DNA of 51,277 nt from Escherichia phage tonnikala. The notes below the pieces were generated by a model. That model saw only the letters and a program-made list of their open reading frames with translations. It made no database searches and had not been told where the DNA came from. The position numbers and the translations under genes are program-made. The stretch lies in the sequence record NC_049817.1, one strand, 5' to 3'. Shown piece by piece: positions 8,625 through 16,922 of this stretch. Numbering within the stretch: position 1 is the first letter of the stretch; the number at the start of each line of letters is the position of its first letter.

Positions 8625-10201
8625 CCCAGCAGTATTGGATTGACAAAAATAACACCATTAATCACGCAAACATAATTTCTTTCTTCCAGCATTGGCAGCA
8701 AGTGCCCCTCTATCCTCTTCATTACGCCAGCCTGACCAACGAAAGGTTTTACCTTTCTCGCTGATTCGTACAGGGCGCGGATATTCAGAATCCCTTTATT
8801 AGCCTTGCCGTGTCTAGTGATCAATTCAATCAATTTACCCATTTCAGCATCATCACCAGCATAACCAGAAGCATTGGCGGCGCTAATGTATGTTTTGCTC
8901 AATTCCTGAAACATGATCAGCGCCTCTTGCATTGTTTCCACGTCGATCTCTTTCAACTTCTGCGGGTATCCGGCAGGATTAAACCAGTTGCGGATAACAT
9001 GCAGGACGGAAGCAAGCCTGATCACCTGTTTATCCATTTTACCCAGCGCACCGCGTAACATTGTATGAGAATACTTTCCGCCGTCTGCAAGATGCGGTTC
9101 CATATCCTGGCGAGCAATGTTGAGCACTCGCATAGCTGAACGGCTTATTTTCAGCGATATATTTGATTCGCTCATGATGTTATGCACCAATTGATAATAT
9201 TGGGCCTTCAATTCAGGATCCACCGCCTCATAGGTAGAATCACCATTTTCATCAATGAATGAGCGACGGCCTAAGAATGATTCCTCACGGACCAACAAAA
9301 AGCGCTCACTCACACCGATACCGCGCGATCCAGCGTCCATGATTCCGCTTATCGTTTCATCCTGGGCTATAACGCTCATACATCCAAGCGCGCGAAAACT
9401 CATGTTATTGTCAGCATTAGCACGGGCAATTGATACGTGACCATTATCCCACGCCTTAAGCACTAGCTCACTGTTAGTCTTCCTTTCGCTATTGGCATAG
9501 GTCAAGCCTAACAGACTGTTAATACTTGTTGCTTCGTCAGATATTACGGCAAAGTTACCTTGCTTGTTGTTGATTTTTGCCAAGCCTTCTGGAGTTGTAT
9601 CTGAAACAGGGAAAGTTATATCACACATCTTTTCCAGCTTCTCCTCCAGATCCTCTTTTTCCTGGTATAGAGATTCCATATCAGCGCCTGATCTTTCGCT
9701 TTTCATCTCCTTTGCAAGACCTGCCAACTTTGCCTGTATTTTCTTTCTTTCCTTGCGGCGTTGCTCGTTGATCTTCTCAACTTCCGCAATCATCGGAGCA
9801 ATAGCCATACTGTTGATCGCAGATTTACCAGTTGACGGCGGCTGGCTTGTAACGACGTAAAGCGCAGTCGGCTGATCGGTCCCGTGATAGTCAACCGTAA
9901 AGCGTCCAAGCATGGCGGCAGAAATGCAGCCGATAAAGTGCATGTAAGCCGATGATTCAGGGAATTGAACGGATCGCGCAATACTGCGTGATAACTTTCC
10001 GACAACATCAATATCATTACCAAGAGAAATTACGGGGTAGCGATCGTGACCGCTATTTACATCCTTCACGTCGCCCCAAAAGCTGGACGACTGGCGATAG
10101 CCGTTAGCCTGAATTGATACGCGAACTGGTGAAAGGTTCTGGCTTTCAGCCATAGCGATTATTTGCTGTGGAGTTAATTTGTTCGTTTCTAATGAAAACA
10201 T
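8621..10201 (-). CDS. P-loop NTPase, putative replication-associated protein (DUF3987-like)
   Basis: 526 aa; Walker A-like SQPPSTGKS and Walker B-like VISDEATS; AAGGAG RBS 10 nt upstream of ATG. Confidence 0.45.
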   Translation of the reverse strand: MFSLETNKLTPQQIIAMAESQNLSPVRVSIQANGYRQSSSFWGDVKDVNSGHDRYPVISLGNDIDVVGKLSRSIARSVQFPESSAYMHFIGCISAAMLGRFTVDYHGTDQPTALYVVTSQPPSTGKSAINSMAIAPMIAEVEKINEQRRKERKKIQAKLAGLAKEMKSERSGADMESLYQEKEDLEEKLEKMCDITFPVSDTTPEGLAKINNKQGNFAVISDEATSINSLLGLTYANSERKTNSELVLKAWDNGHVSIARANADNNMSFRALGCMSVIAQDETISGIMDAGSRGIGVSERFLLVREESFLGRRSFIDENGDSTYEAVDPELKAQYYQLVHNIMSESNISLKISRSAMRVLNIARQDMEPHLADGGKYSHTMLRGALGKMDKQVIRLASVLHVIRNWFNPAGYPQKLKEIDVETMQEALIMFQELSKTYISAANASGYAGDDAEMGKLIELITRHGKANKGILNIRALYESARKVKPFVGQAGVMKRIEGHLLPMLEERNYVCVINGVIFVNPILLG

Positions 10202-10253
10202 TCGTTAGCTTCTCCTTTGTGGGCCGTAAATTTTAACGGCCCAATACTACCCC

Positions 10254-10272
10254 GTTTTGTCAAAAAGTGCTA
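10254..10272 (-). promoter_or_regulatory. conserved intergenic motif copy (minus orientation, variant)
   Basis: Reverse complement reads TAGCACTTTTTGACAAAAC; TAG is the stop codon of the 10270..10491 gene. Confidence 0.4.
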
Positions 10273-10491
10273 TTTGATCCGCTCTATTGCAACCAGAAGT
10301 CGATCAGGCTGGCGGTCGCTGTAGCATTCTCCTGTAATCCCATCCTTAAACGTAAAGTAAAGCGCCTTATGATATGAAAAACCAATCAGCCAACCTACCG
10401 CCGTTTTTTTGATGGGCCTGACTATATCGCCAGGCTTGAAAGTCTTTGTGGTAGAATGCGTTACTTTGTAACGGTTTTCACTGTTTATCAC
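10270..10491 (-). CDS. hypothetical protein
   Basis: 73 aa; 4-nt overlap with upstream gene. Confidence 0.45.
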   Translation of the reverse strand: MINSENRYKVTHSTTKTFKPGDIVRPIKKTAVGWLIGFSYHKALYFTFKDGITGECYSDRQPDRLLVAIERIK

Positions 10492-10874
10492 AGATATTTA
10501 CCCTCAAAAAGATAACAGCCGCCAGCAGAGAATCCGACCTCTTCACGGTACAGGTTCCAGCGGTCGCCGCACTCATCAAAAACATAACCCGCAACGCTTC
10601 CAAGCGGTCGCCCTTTCTCGATCTGGTATCGCTTGCCCTGCTTAAAGTGCTTTTTGCAAGGCATGTTATGATCTACAAACGTGCAAAGAACGGTTTTTGT
10701 GTTAATGGCGCGGTAATCATCTCGGTTTGCTGGAAGCCAGCGGCTACCCTTAACAAGCGTCTTAACCTGGAACTCTTCCACCTCGATCACATCATCACTT
10801 CCTGCAATCTTCTGATAAACCGTTTTAAAACGGCCTTTCATCAATACGTTGGTTTCATTACAGATAACATTCAT
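10488..10874 (-). CDS. hypothetical protein
   Basis: 128 aa minus-strand ORF in the early block. Confidence 0.5.
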   Translation of the reverse strand: MNVICNETNVLMKGRFKTVYQKIAGSDDVIEVEEFQVKTLVKGSRWLPANRDDYRAINTKTVLCTFVDHNMPCKKHFKQGKRYQIEKGRPLGSVAGYVFDECGDRWNLYREEVGFSAGGCYLFEGKYL

Positions 10875-10927
10875 GATCAGATCTCCTTTGTTTGTTCGAT
10901 GTGATTATGCCAGGTTTTTACACCTGG

Positions 10928-10946
10928 CTTTTAACAAAAAGTGCTA
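10928..10946 (-). promoter_or_regulatory. conserved intergenic motif copy (minus orientation)
   Basis: Reverse complement TAGCACTTTTTGTTAAAAG; overlaps stop of the methyltransferase-like gene. Confidence 0.4.
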
Positions 10947-11654
10947 TTTTGAGTTTGACTCAAAGATGGCGCGAGCAAAGCCGCGCGGAGTGAGGGAGCG
11001 GATCATCTTTGTGCGCGATGACTTACCGCCAGTTTTGGCCCAGCCTGGATTATCTTTGTCTTCCTCTTTCGGCAGGATTAAAGCGCGCGGAGGAATAACA
11101 AAGCCGTTGCCAGTCCAGAGGCACGTTTTCTTAAAATAGCGATCCCGTGCCGGAATAATATCAGGGAAGTCGGGATGTTTATCATCTTCCGGCAGATAGC
11201 CAGCGTAATCGCACGGATGGAACGTATAATCAGGCTTACGCCATAACGTTGACAACTTGCCAACCGGATTTTCGATCATGTAAGGAACACCGAAATAATC
11301 AGCTATATCAGCCGCGATTCTGCAAGTGTCGGCGGCCTCATCCTGGAATGATGGATTCTCAAGGCGTTTTTTGGCCCAATGGCGAGATCCGCTATTTGCA
11401 AGGTCGGTGCATGGTGGGAAGGCCATAATAAAATCAGGATTGCCCCACTCATTATTGATTGCCTTAACATAAAAAGCATCATCAATCCAGACGTTAACGT
11501 ATTCGATATTCTCATGCTGTATGCGCACTGACTGGTAATCACCGTGATCGCCACCGTCAGCATTAAAGCAAATGCACTTATAGCCATTATCAGCCCAATC
11601 TTTAACGGCTTTACCAGATCCATCAAATAGGGAGAATATTAAACCTTTATACAT
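10944..11654 (-). CDS. DNA C5-cytosine methyltransferase-like protein (short, atypical)
   Basis: Motif I-like SLFDGSG, catalytic Pro-Cys (AFPPCTD), ENV-like MIENPVG; start set at MYKG with GAGG RBS. Confidence 0.55.
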   Translation of the reverse strand: MYKGLIFSLFDGSGKAVKDWADNGYKCICFNADGGDHGDYQSVRIQHENIEYVNVWIDDAFYVKAINNEWGNPDFIMAFPPCTDLANSGSRHWAKKRLENPSFQDEAADTCRIAADIADYFGVPYMIENPVGKLSTLWRKPDYTFHPCDYAGYLPEDDKHPDFPDIIPARDRYFKKTCLWTGNGFVIPPRALILPKEEDKDNPGWAKTGGKSSRTKMIRSLTPRGFARAIFESNSK

Positions 11655-11664
11655 CGTCATTACC

Positions 11665-11889
11665 TCAAAACGGAAAACAGCGCGCACAACCAGGATCGAA
11701 ATCGCATCCACAATCATTAACAATCATAGTGGGATCTGCAAATATTGCGCTTGATTCAAGATCCATATCCATATCACCTAAAGCCTCATCAAGAGTCTTA
11801 ATTTTATATGCCACTTCAAGCGCCGCCTCTTTATTTAGTCCGGCATCTTCTGCCATTTGAAGGCGCTCAAAAAAACCGTCTTGACTCAT
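11665..11889 (-). CDS. hypothetical acidic protein
   Basis: 74 aa; acidic, Cys-rich C-terminus. Confidence 0.45.
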   Translation of the reverse strand: MSQDGFFERLQMAEDAGLNKEAALEVAYKIKTLDEALGDMDMDLESSAIFADPTMIVNDCGCDFDPGCARCFPF

Positions 11890-12002
11890 CGCATAATCCC
11901 CTTAATAACAGCCAAGATAATAGCCAGGCCAGCAGCAGTAACCAAAAAACCAACCGCGCCAATAATCGAATAAAAAAAGAAATCAATAGCTTTATCTATC
12001 AT
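11886..12002 (-). CDS. hypothetical small hydrophobic peptide (38 aa)
   Basis: Not in ORF track; ATG preceded by GAGGTGG; single predicted transmembrane helix; stop overlaps next start. Confidence 0.3.
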   Translation of the reverse strand: MIDKAIDFFFYSIIGAVGFLVTAAGLAIILAVIKGIMR

Positions 12003-12044
12003 TTTCCACCTCATTTAAAAGGCGGCAAAACGCCGCCAGATTAA

Positions 12045-12272
12045 TTAAAGAGCGCGCCAACTTTGAATATAGAAAGCGTTTTCTTCCAGTAATTCTTTTA
12101 CCTGATCTTTATTGTATTTGCGCACCTTGCCGCCTGGATGGATACCAATAAGATAGCCGCCTTTGCCCTCGGTGATAGTGATTTGGCTAATTCCGCAGGA
12201 CTTATCAAGTTTTACAGCCACGCGGTGATGAGCGTCAATAGTTGCCATAATGTTTAAAACTTTTGCTTTCAT
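12045..12272 (-). CDS. hypothetical protein
   Basis: 75 aa; GC hairpin plus T-run terminator downstream. Confidence 0.5.
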   Translation of the reverse strand: MKAKVLNIMATIDAHHRVAVKLDKSCGISQITITEGKGGYLIGIHPGGKVRKYNKDQVKELLEENAFYIQSWRAL

Positions 12273-12429
12273 TTAAATATCCTCAATTGAAATATGAATG
12301 ACGTGGCGCTCTTTTTCCGTCGCCGCCGTAATGGTCATTTGCAACCGCCACCATCCAGGCGTTTTTGAAAATAAATAGCCTCATTTCTTATTTTTCAGCT
12401 TAAATTTATGATCTGGAACACCAGCGCCA

Positions 12430-12711
12430 TTATGCGATCCCAGTTACGTTAAAACTTACAGCCTTTGTTGCGCTAAATACATAAGCATCAACAGCGCCGC
12501 CAAATACACGAATTTTACCCTGGCCGTACTGCGCATTCATATTTCGCCAAACCGTTCTATTAGAGCAGAATGCGCTACCAGTCTTAATAAGCGTATCCAT
12601 CTCTTTTCTTAGATCGCGATAGTCAAGCCAGAATCTAAAGGCGCGCTGTTTAATTCGCGCCGCCTTGATTTTTTCTCTTGCGCTATTGAAATCATTCTTT
12701 TCGTATGCCAT
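12430..12711 (-). CDS. hypothetical protein
   Basis: 93 aa, basic. Confidence 0.45.
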   Translation of the reverse strand: MAYEKNDFNSAREKIKAARIKQRAFRFWLDYRDLRKEMDTLIKTGSAFCSNRTVWRNMNAQYGQGKIRVFGGAVDAYVFSATKAVSFNVTGIA

Positions 12712-12908
12712 TAAATGATCTCCATGTATGTTTCAAAGCCATTTAACTTGAACAGGCCGTTTTCACATTTGCGCACGTTCCAAGTTAGCCCTGAGTGGTA
12801 CGCCTCCATATCATCAAGGTCAATGGTGATTTCAGCACCTTTCTTAAACAAACCTTTTTCGTGAGACTTGTCGCGCTTAACAACTTTAACATCAACCTGA
12901 TTTTCCAT
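12711..12908 (-). CDS. hypothetical protein
   Basis: 65 aa; start/stop overlap with neighbour. Confidence 0.45.
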   Translation of the reverse strand: MENQVDVKVVKRDKSHEKGLFKKGAEITIDLDDMEAYHSGLTWNVRKCENGLFKLNGFETYMEII

Positions 12909-12963
12909 CTTTAAATCCTCGTTTGTTGTCGATGCGGTAAATATACCAACTTACCGCATACGA

Positions 12964-12980
12964 CTTTTAACAAAAAGTGC
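12964..12980 (-). promoter_or_regulatory. conserved intergenic motif copy (minus orientation, variant)
   Basis: Reverse complement GCACTTTTTGTTAAAAG, directly after the stop of the 12984..13391 gene. Confidence 0.4.
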
Positions 12981-12983
12981 TTT

Positions 12984-13391
12984 TTATTCCGTGGTGTCGA
13001 TAGTGATTGGCCGCAACTCCTGGAGCGTCACACGATGATCGCGAATAATTGATTCTTTATCTTTCAGGCCATTGTAGCAATTTTGCGCTCTCTTTTTAAA
13101 ATGGCCTGCATAACAAAGGGTGGCCCGTCCATTCTCGCGATTAGTTGCAATTACGCGGTAAATAGGCCGTAATTCCTCTTCAAATACTGGTCGGAAAGCG
13201 TAACTTTCAAAGCCAGTGCCATAGAATCGGTTATCATCGTCACGCGAGATGTAAAGAGGTTCGCGATAATCATCAAGAACATACTCATCGCCATATTTTT
13301 CATCGCGCAATACGGCGTATTCAGCGCCTTTTGTGAAAGTCCATGCGTGACTGGTGTTTTCGCCAATGAATTTAAGAGACTGCGATACCAT
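12984..13391 (-). CDS. hypothetical protein
   Basis: 135 aa. Confidence 0.5.
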   Translation of the reverse strand: MVSQSLKFIGENTSHAWTFTKGAEYAVLRDEKYGDEYVLDDYREPLYISRDDDNRFYGTGFESYAFRPVFEEELRPIYRVIATNRENGRATLCYAGHFKKRAQNCYNGLKDKESIIRDHRVTLQELRPITIDTTE

Positions 13392-13405
13392 TTTTTGATC
13401 TCCTG

Positions 13406-13633
13406 TTAGTAAGTGATTGAAGAAATATCATCAAAGCCCTGGAATTCCGCATTCCATACCAGGAAGTTTGAGAGATTCTCACAACGATACCAGCCGCCGC
13501 TCAATTCCATGTATGTAGCATAACCGCCATGGATAGCCTTAACAGCGTAGCGCTTATGGTTGCGAGTGATGAAAATCGCAAAACGTTTGTCGTTTGTCTG
13601 GTCGATTGCTTTCTGGTTGGCGACTACTGACAT
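13406..13633 (-). CDS. hypothetical protein
   Basis: 75 aa. Confidence 0.45.
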   Translation of the reverse strand: MSVVANQKAIDQTNDKRFAIFITRNHKRYAVKAIHGGYATYMELSGGWYRCENLSNFLVWNAEFQGFDDISSITY

Positions 13634-13690
13634 TTTGAAAATCCTCTGTTTCGTTTCGATGCGCTTACTATACCAATCAGCAGCGCATCG

Positions 13691-13709
13691 TTTTTAACAA
13701 AAAGTGCTA
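13691..13709 (-). promoter_or_regulatory. conserved intergenic motif copy (minus orientation)
   Basis: Reverse complement TAGCACTTTTTGTTAAAAA directly after TAA stop of the 13711..13974 gene. Confidence 0.4.
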
Positions 13710-13710
13710 T

Positions 13711-13974
13711 TTAGTCCAGGAATTCGATTTCACGCTCTCCAGTTAACGGATCCACAAGCCAGAATCCGAGCGGTTCGCCGTGAACACCGCCATAGAATCC
13801 AAGCGCCGTCAGATCTTCACCTTTAACAAATACCAGATTCCCGCTACGGCTTACGTGAGACACGTTAACGATAACCGGAAATGTGCGATCCTTAAATGCA
13901 GGCCGCAGGGCGTAACATCCGTTGTTGAGCAAACGTGCTTTGCGCTTAACTGGAATAGGTGCATTAATTTTCAT
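13711..13974 (-). CDS. hypothetical protein
   Basis: 87 aa. Confidence 0.45.
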   Translation of the reverse strand: MKINAPIPVKRKARLLNNGCYALRPAFKDRTFPVIVNVSHVSRSGNLVFVKGEDLTALGFYGGVHGEPLGFWLVDPLTGEREIEFLD

Positions 13975-13986
13975 GGTTATTACTCC

Positions 13987-14199
13987 TTATCGTAAAGATT
14001 TAAAGACGTATAGTTTATTGCGGTAACTATATATCCGCATTGTTATTTCTCGCAGTGCAATATATTCCTTCCTGTTTTCCGGCAGACTGGCGAGCAATAA
14101 CAGGCAGTATTTATAAGCGCGGTCAAGATTCCTTTCCGTGCCACTGCAATATCCCTTGTTGCGCCTGGAGCGGTACAGCCATAACAATTTCTTGAACAT
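13987..14199 (-). CDS. hypothetical basic small protein
   Basis: Trimmed to internal ATG (MFKKLL...) abutting upstream stop (TGAaATG); longer track ORF overlaps neighbour. Confidence 0.3.
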   Translation of the reverse strand: MFKKLLWLYRSRRNKGYCSGTERNLDRAYKYCLLLLASLPENRKEYIALREITMRIYSYRNKLYVFKSLR

Positions 14200-14200
14200 T

Positions 14201-14410
14201 TCAGATACGCCCATACAGATCACAGACTTCGTTGATAAAACAGCGTTGAGACTCTTTATCCTGCTTCTCAAACATCGCACGGCACTCATAGCGGTGATTA
14301 TGTACGATGACAACAACCATATTTTCAGGTGCTGACGGGTGACGCGCGGAAGCGTCGCAGATTGAAACATCCATACCCATCTCATGTGCTTTCTTGATCA
14401 CATCCAACAT
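14201..14410 (-). CDS. hypothetical protein
   Basis: Start set at MLDVIKK with AGGAG RBS 8 nt upstream. Confidence 0.4.
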   Translation of the reverse strand: MLDVIKKAHEMGMDVSICDASARHPSAPENMVVVIVHNHRYECRAMFEKQDKESQRCFINEVCDLYGRI

Positions 14411-14664
14411 TTTTTCTTCTCCTGCAATAAGCAAATATCATTGATAAAATCAGCACGGCCCTTAATGTTGCTGATGTGAAACGTCTTTTCAGCGTACAGG
14501 CCATCACCTTCAATCACGATCATTACGCGAGTCGGTTTATTCACGGGCGCACACGAAAAGAGTGGTCGCGCCGGAAGAAATTTAGTAGCCACATCCAGGT
14601 TAGCCCTGGCGGCCCTGCAAAACGCCTCCGCCAGATCCAAATCATTTTCGGTAATCACCGCCAT
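14398..14664 (-). CDS. hypothetical protein
   Basis: 88 aa. Confidence 0.45.
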   Translation of the reverse strand: MAVITENDLDLAEAFCRAARANLDVATKFLPARPLFSCAPVNKPTRVMIVIEGDGLYAEKTFHISNIKGRADFINDICLLQEKKKCWM

Positions 14665-14936
14665 TACTTCTTGATCTCCTCACTGATAAATTTCAGCACC
14701 TGACGCAAGAAAACCTCGTTGTTGATAGTCGCTGGCAATTCTTCTTTCACTTCTTGCGGCAGATAGATATTGCCGTGCCAGGTCAAGCAATCGTAGTTGA
14801 TGCGATAAGAGCAAAGCCACTCGCAATCGTTATCTGCTTCCCAAATGCAGAGTTGCAGAACATCGCCGAAGTCTTCAACAGTCAGATCCAGACCGTGACG
14901 CTTAGCGAAATTGAAAGTGGTTTTGCTGATGTTCAT
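14664..14936 (-). CDS. hypothetical protein, first gene of leftward early operon
   Basis: 90 aa; AGGAG RBS 6 nt upstream of ATG at 14936. Confidence 0.5.
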   Translation of the reverse strand: MNISKTTFNFAKRHGLDLTVEDFGDVLQLCIWEADNDCEWLCSYRINYDCLTWHGNIYLPQEVKEELPATINNEVFLRQVLKFISEEIKK

Positions 14937-14994
14937 TGCTATCTCCTGAGCGGTTCGTTTCGATGTGTGTAATGTACCCGATCAGGTGGCCTGA

Positions 14995-15013
14995 GTTTTA
15001 ACAAAAAGTGCTA
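14995..15013 (-). promoter_or_regulatory. conserved intergenic motif copy heading the leftward early operon
   Basis: Reverse complement TAGCACTTTTTGTTAAAAC, then 18 nt, then TACATT (-10-like), then RBS and ATG at 14936. Confidence 0.45.
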
Positions 15014-15036
15014 TTTGACGGTTAGCGCCAGGATTG

Positions 15037-15135
15037 TGATCGAAATAATCAGAAGTAATCATTCGTAATCGAATCACGTCAAAATGATGATTGCCTTTGC
15101 AAATTTGATGAGAAAAGTAATCACGTTTAATCATT
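15037..15135. repeat. iteron-like cluster of TAATC-containing short repeats
   Basis: TAATC pentamer five times in about 90 bp (GTAATCA, CGTAATC, GTAATCACG, TTAATCA), beside the divergent promoter hub. Confidence 0.35.
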
Positions 15136-15569
15136 GGTTGCAGGGGAGATAGTGAAACCTTCCCCTCTTGCCTCACTTTTCCGCCTGGCTGTCAGTGGCT
15201 GTTGTCTTTTGTTCGCCCCTGTTACCGATTTCAGGCGGCGTGTTTCCGCGAGGTTTTCCGGTGTAGCGAAAACGGAAAAAACAAAAAAAATCCTATATAA
15301 TACATTGAAAATAAAGATTATTTATTTATATATATCTATAATGTTTTCTTTTTGTTCTCACTGTTACAGTGCTTTTTGCTGGGTGTGGTGTGGTTGTGTG
15401 TTGGTATATATGGATAGTTGCGCGCGCGGCGGATTGCATATGTATATATACTTTTTCCGGCGGATTGCGTTAACAGCGTGAACAGAAAAATAACAGCCCT
15501 GAAATCAACAACTTGCGCATGATTTTGTAGTTTTTCGATATTGGTAACGTTTTGAATACAACAAAAACA

Positions 15570-15597
15570 TTGACACGCACCAAATAGCTTTTATAAT
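15570..15597 (+). promoter_or_regulatory. sigma-70-type promoter for rightward early operon
   Basis: TTGACA (15570-15575), 16-nt spacer, TATAAT (15592-15597); about 30 nt upstream of the first rightward gene. Confidence 0.55.
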
Positions 15598-15628
15598 GCG
15601 CCAACAGTCAACAACTGGAGGAAAGGAA

Positions 15629-16093
15629 ATGGAACAGAAGACCACTAAGGACTATTGCGATTGGCTTCGCGAGCTTGGTCGCCGCCTGGCTAGTGGCGAT
15701 ATTGAAGAGTATAAAATGTCACTAATTGACCTGGCCGGAATGTTAAGCGGTGACGACTGCTACAAGATCACGCGCAGTTCATCCTACAGCCGGACCATTA
15801 TCAACCGCGTTCCAGAAGTAAGGGCCGCAGGTCGGGTAAGCATCAAGGTAGAGGAAACGGAAGATGATAAATTTTACGTTTTCCGCATGGTCCGAGAATC
15901 GAAAAGGAAAATCATCACGCCCGAAGAATTGCCAGCCATCAAGGCAAGGGCGATCAAAAAGTTTGCCGATCGCTTACTGGCAGCAATCCCGAACATCGTG
16001 GACCTGGAAGGGGATAAACTGGCTGGAGCTTGTGAGGGCGTAAGCCGCTACCAGGATATGATCCGCGAAATCATCAAAGAGGAGGAGCAATAA
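15629..16093 (+). CDS. hypothetical protein, first gene of rightward early operon
   Basis: Start set at MEQKTTKDY with GGAGG RBS; the track start at 15596 lies inside the promoter -10. Confidence 0.55.
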   Translation: MEQKTTKDYCDWLRELGRRLASGDIEEYKMSLIDLAGMLSGDDCYKITRSSSYSRTIINRVPEVRAAGRVSIKVEETEDDKFYVFRMVRESKRKIITPEELPAIKARAIKKFADRLLAAIPNIVDLEGDKLAGACEGVSRYQDMIREIIKEEEQ

Positions 16094-16365
16094 TGAAAAA
16101 GGCGTTAATCGGCGTTTTGGTGGCAATGGCATTCCTGACCGGATGCAAAGAAGATGGCGCGCATGTTGGCAATGTGCAGATGGCTAACCCTGGCGATGAC
16201 TACAGCGTAAGGGAGCTATTCACCGCTGACGGTTGCACCGTTTACCGATTCTATGACGGTCGCACTGTTTACTTCACCAACTGCAAGGGCACGACTAGCT
16301 GGGAAGTGTCGAAAAGCAATGGCAAAGGCACGAAGACAGAACATATGACCGTCGAGACAAAATAG
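16093..16365 (+). CDS. small lipoprotein
   Basis: Signal peptide with lipobox (MKKALIGVLVAMAFLTGC); 90 aa. Confidence 0.55.
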   Translation: MKKALIGVLVAMAFLTGCKEDGAHVGNVQMANPGDDYSVRELFTADGCTVYRFYDGRTVYFTNCKGTTSWEVSKSNGKGTKTEHMTVETK

Positions 16366-16381
16366 CACTTTTTGTTAAAAC
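16363..16381 (+). promoter_or_regulatory. conserved intergenic motif copy
   Basis: TAG of motif is the stop codon; hairpin GCCAGGC-GCGAA-GCCTGGC then CATAAT 18 nt downstream. Confidence 0.45.
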
Positions 16382-16437
16382 GCCAGGCGCGAAGCCTGGC
16401 ATAATAGCCTCATCGAAACGAGATTGAGGAAACAAAA

Positions 16438-16623
16438 ATGGCACGTCGCATCACCAAAGACCTTAAAGTCCTGAACAAAGAAAACGTAGTTAAAATCCTG
16501 GTTATCTGGGGCTACAACGAAGAAACAGCAAAGCAGAAGGTAGAGGCAGGTTATGACCTGGCTGTAAAAGCAATGCCAAACGACGACGCCAAAGGCATTG
16601 CAAACTATGTAGCGTTCTTTTAA
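16438..16623 (+). CDS. hypothetical protein
   Basis: 61 aa with GAGGAAA RBS. Confidence 0.45.
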   Translation: MARRITKDLKVLNKENVVKILVIWGYNEETAKQKVEAGYDLAVKAMPNDDAKGIANYVAFF

Positions 16624-16638
16624 TTAGCGGGTGAATAA

Positions 16639-16824
16639 ATGAAAACGAAATTAGTCCATAAATCAGAAATCAAGATCGGCGATACTGTGATTCACAACGG
16701 CGAGCTTAGAACGGTTGGCAAAGAGTCAATAAGCCACGATGAATTTATGGGGATCTTGTTGTTCGGTGACTCTTATCGTCTTGGTTACAAGATGGTTGAG
16801 CTTGTGGAAGAGGTAAAATTCTAA
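16639..16824 (+). CDS. hypothetical protein
   Basis: 61 aa. Confidence 0.45.
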   Translation: MKTKLVHKSEIKIGDTVIHNGELRTVGKESISHDEFMGILLFGDSYRLGYKMVELVEEVKF

Positions 16825-16825
16825 A

Positions 16826-16844
16826 TAGCACTTTTTGTTAAAAC
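16826..16844 (+). promoter_or_regulatory. conserved intergenic motif copy
   Basis: Directly after TAA stop; CATAAT 18 nt downstream. Confidence 0.45.
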
Positions 16845-16922
16845 TCAAAAGCGATAACCAGGCATAATAAATCACATAGGGCGGCACGGCGTCGCCCACA
16901 AAACCAATCAGGAGAAAGCATC

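Noticed and set aside
13987-14385. Full-length 132-aa minus ORF
   Set aside because: Its 5' two-thirds overlap the better-supported 14201..14410 gene in another frame; only the 3' part from an internal ATG was kept, at low confidence.
14982-15481. ORFs 14982..15176 (minus) and 15134..15481 (plus) in the divergent hub
   Set aside because: They overlap the conserved motif, promoter elements and repeat tracts; low-complexity translations and no RBS, so the region is treated as non-coding regulatory DNA.
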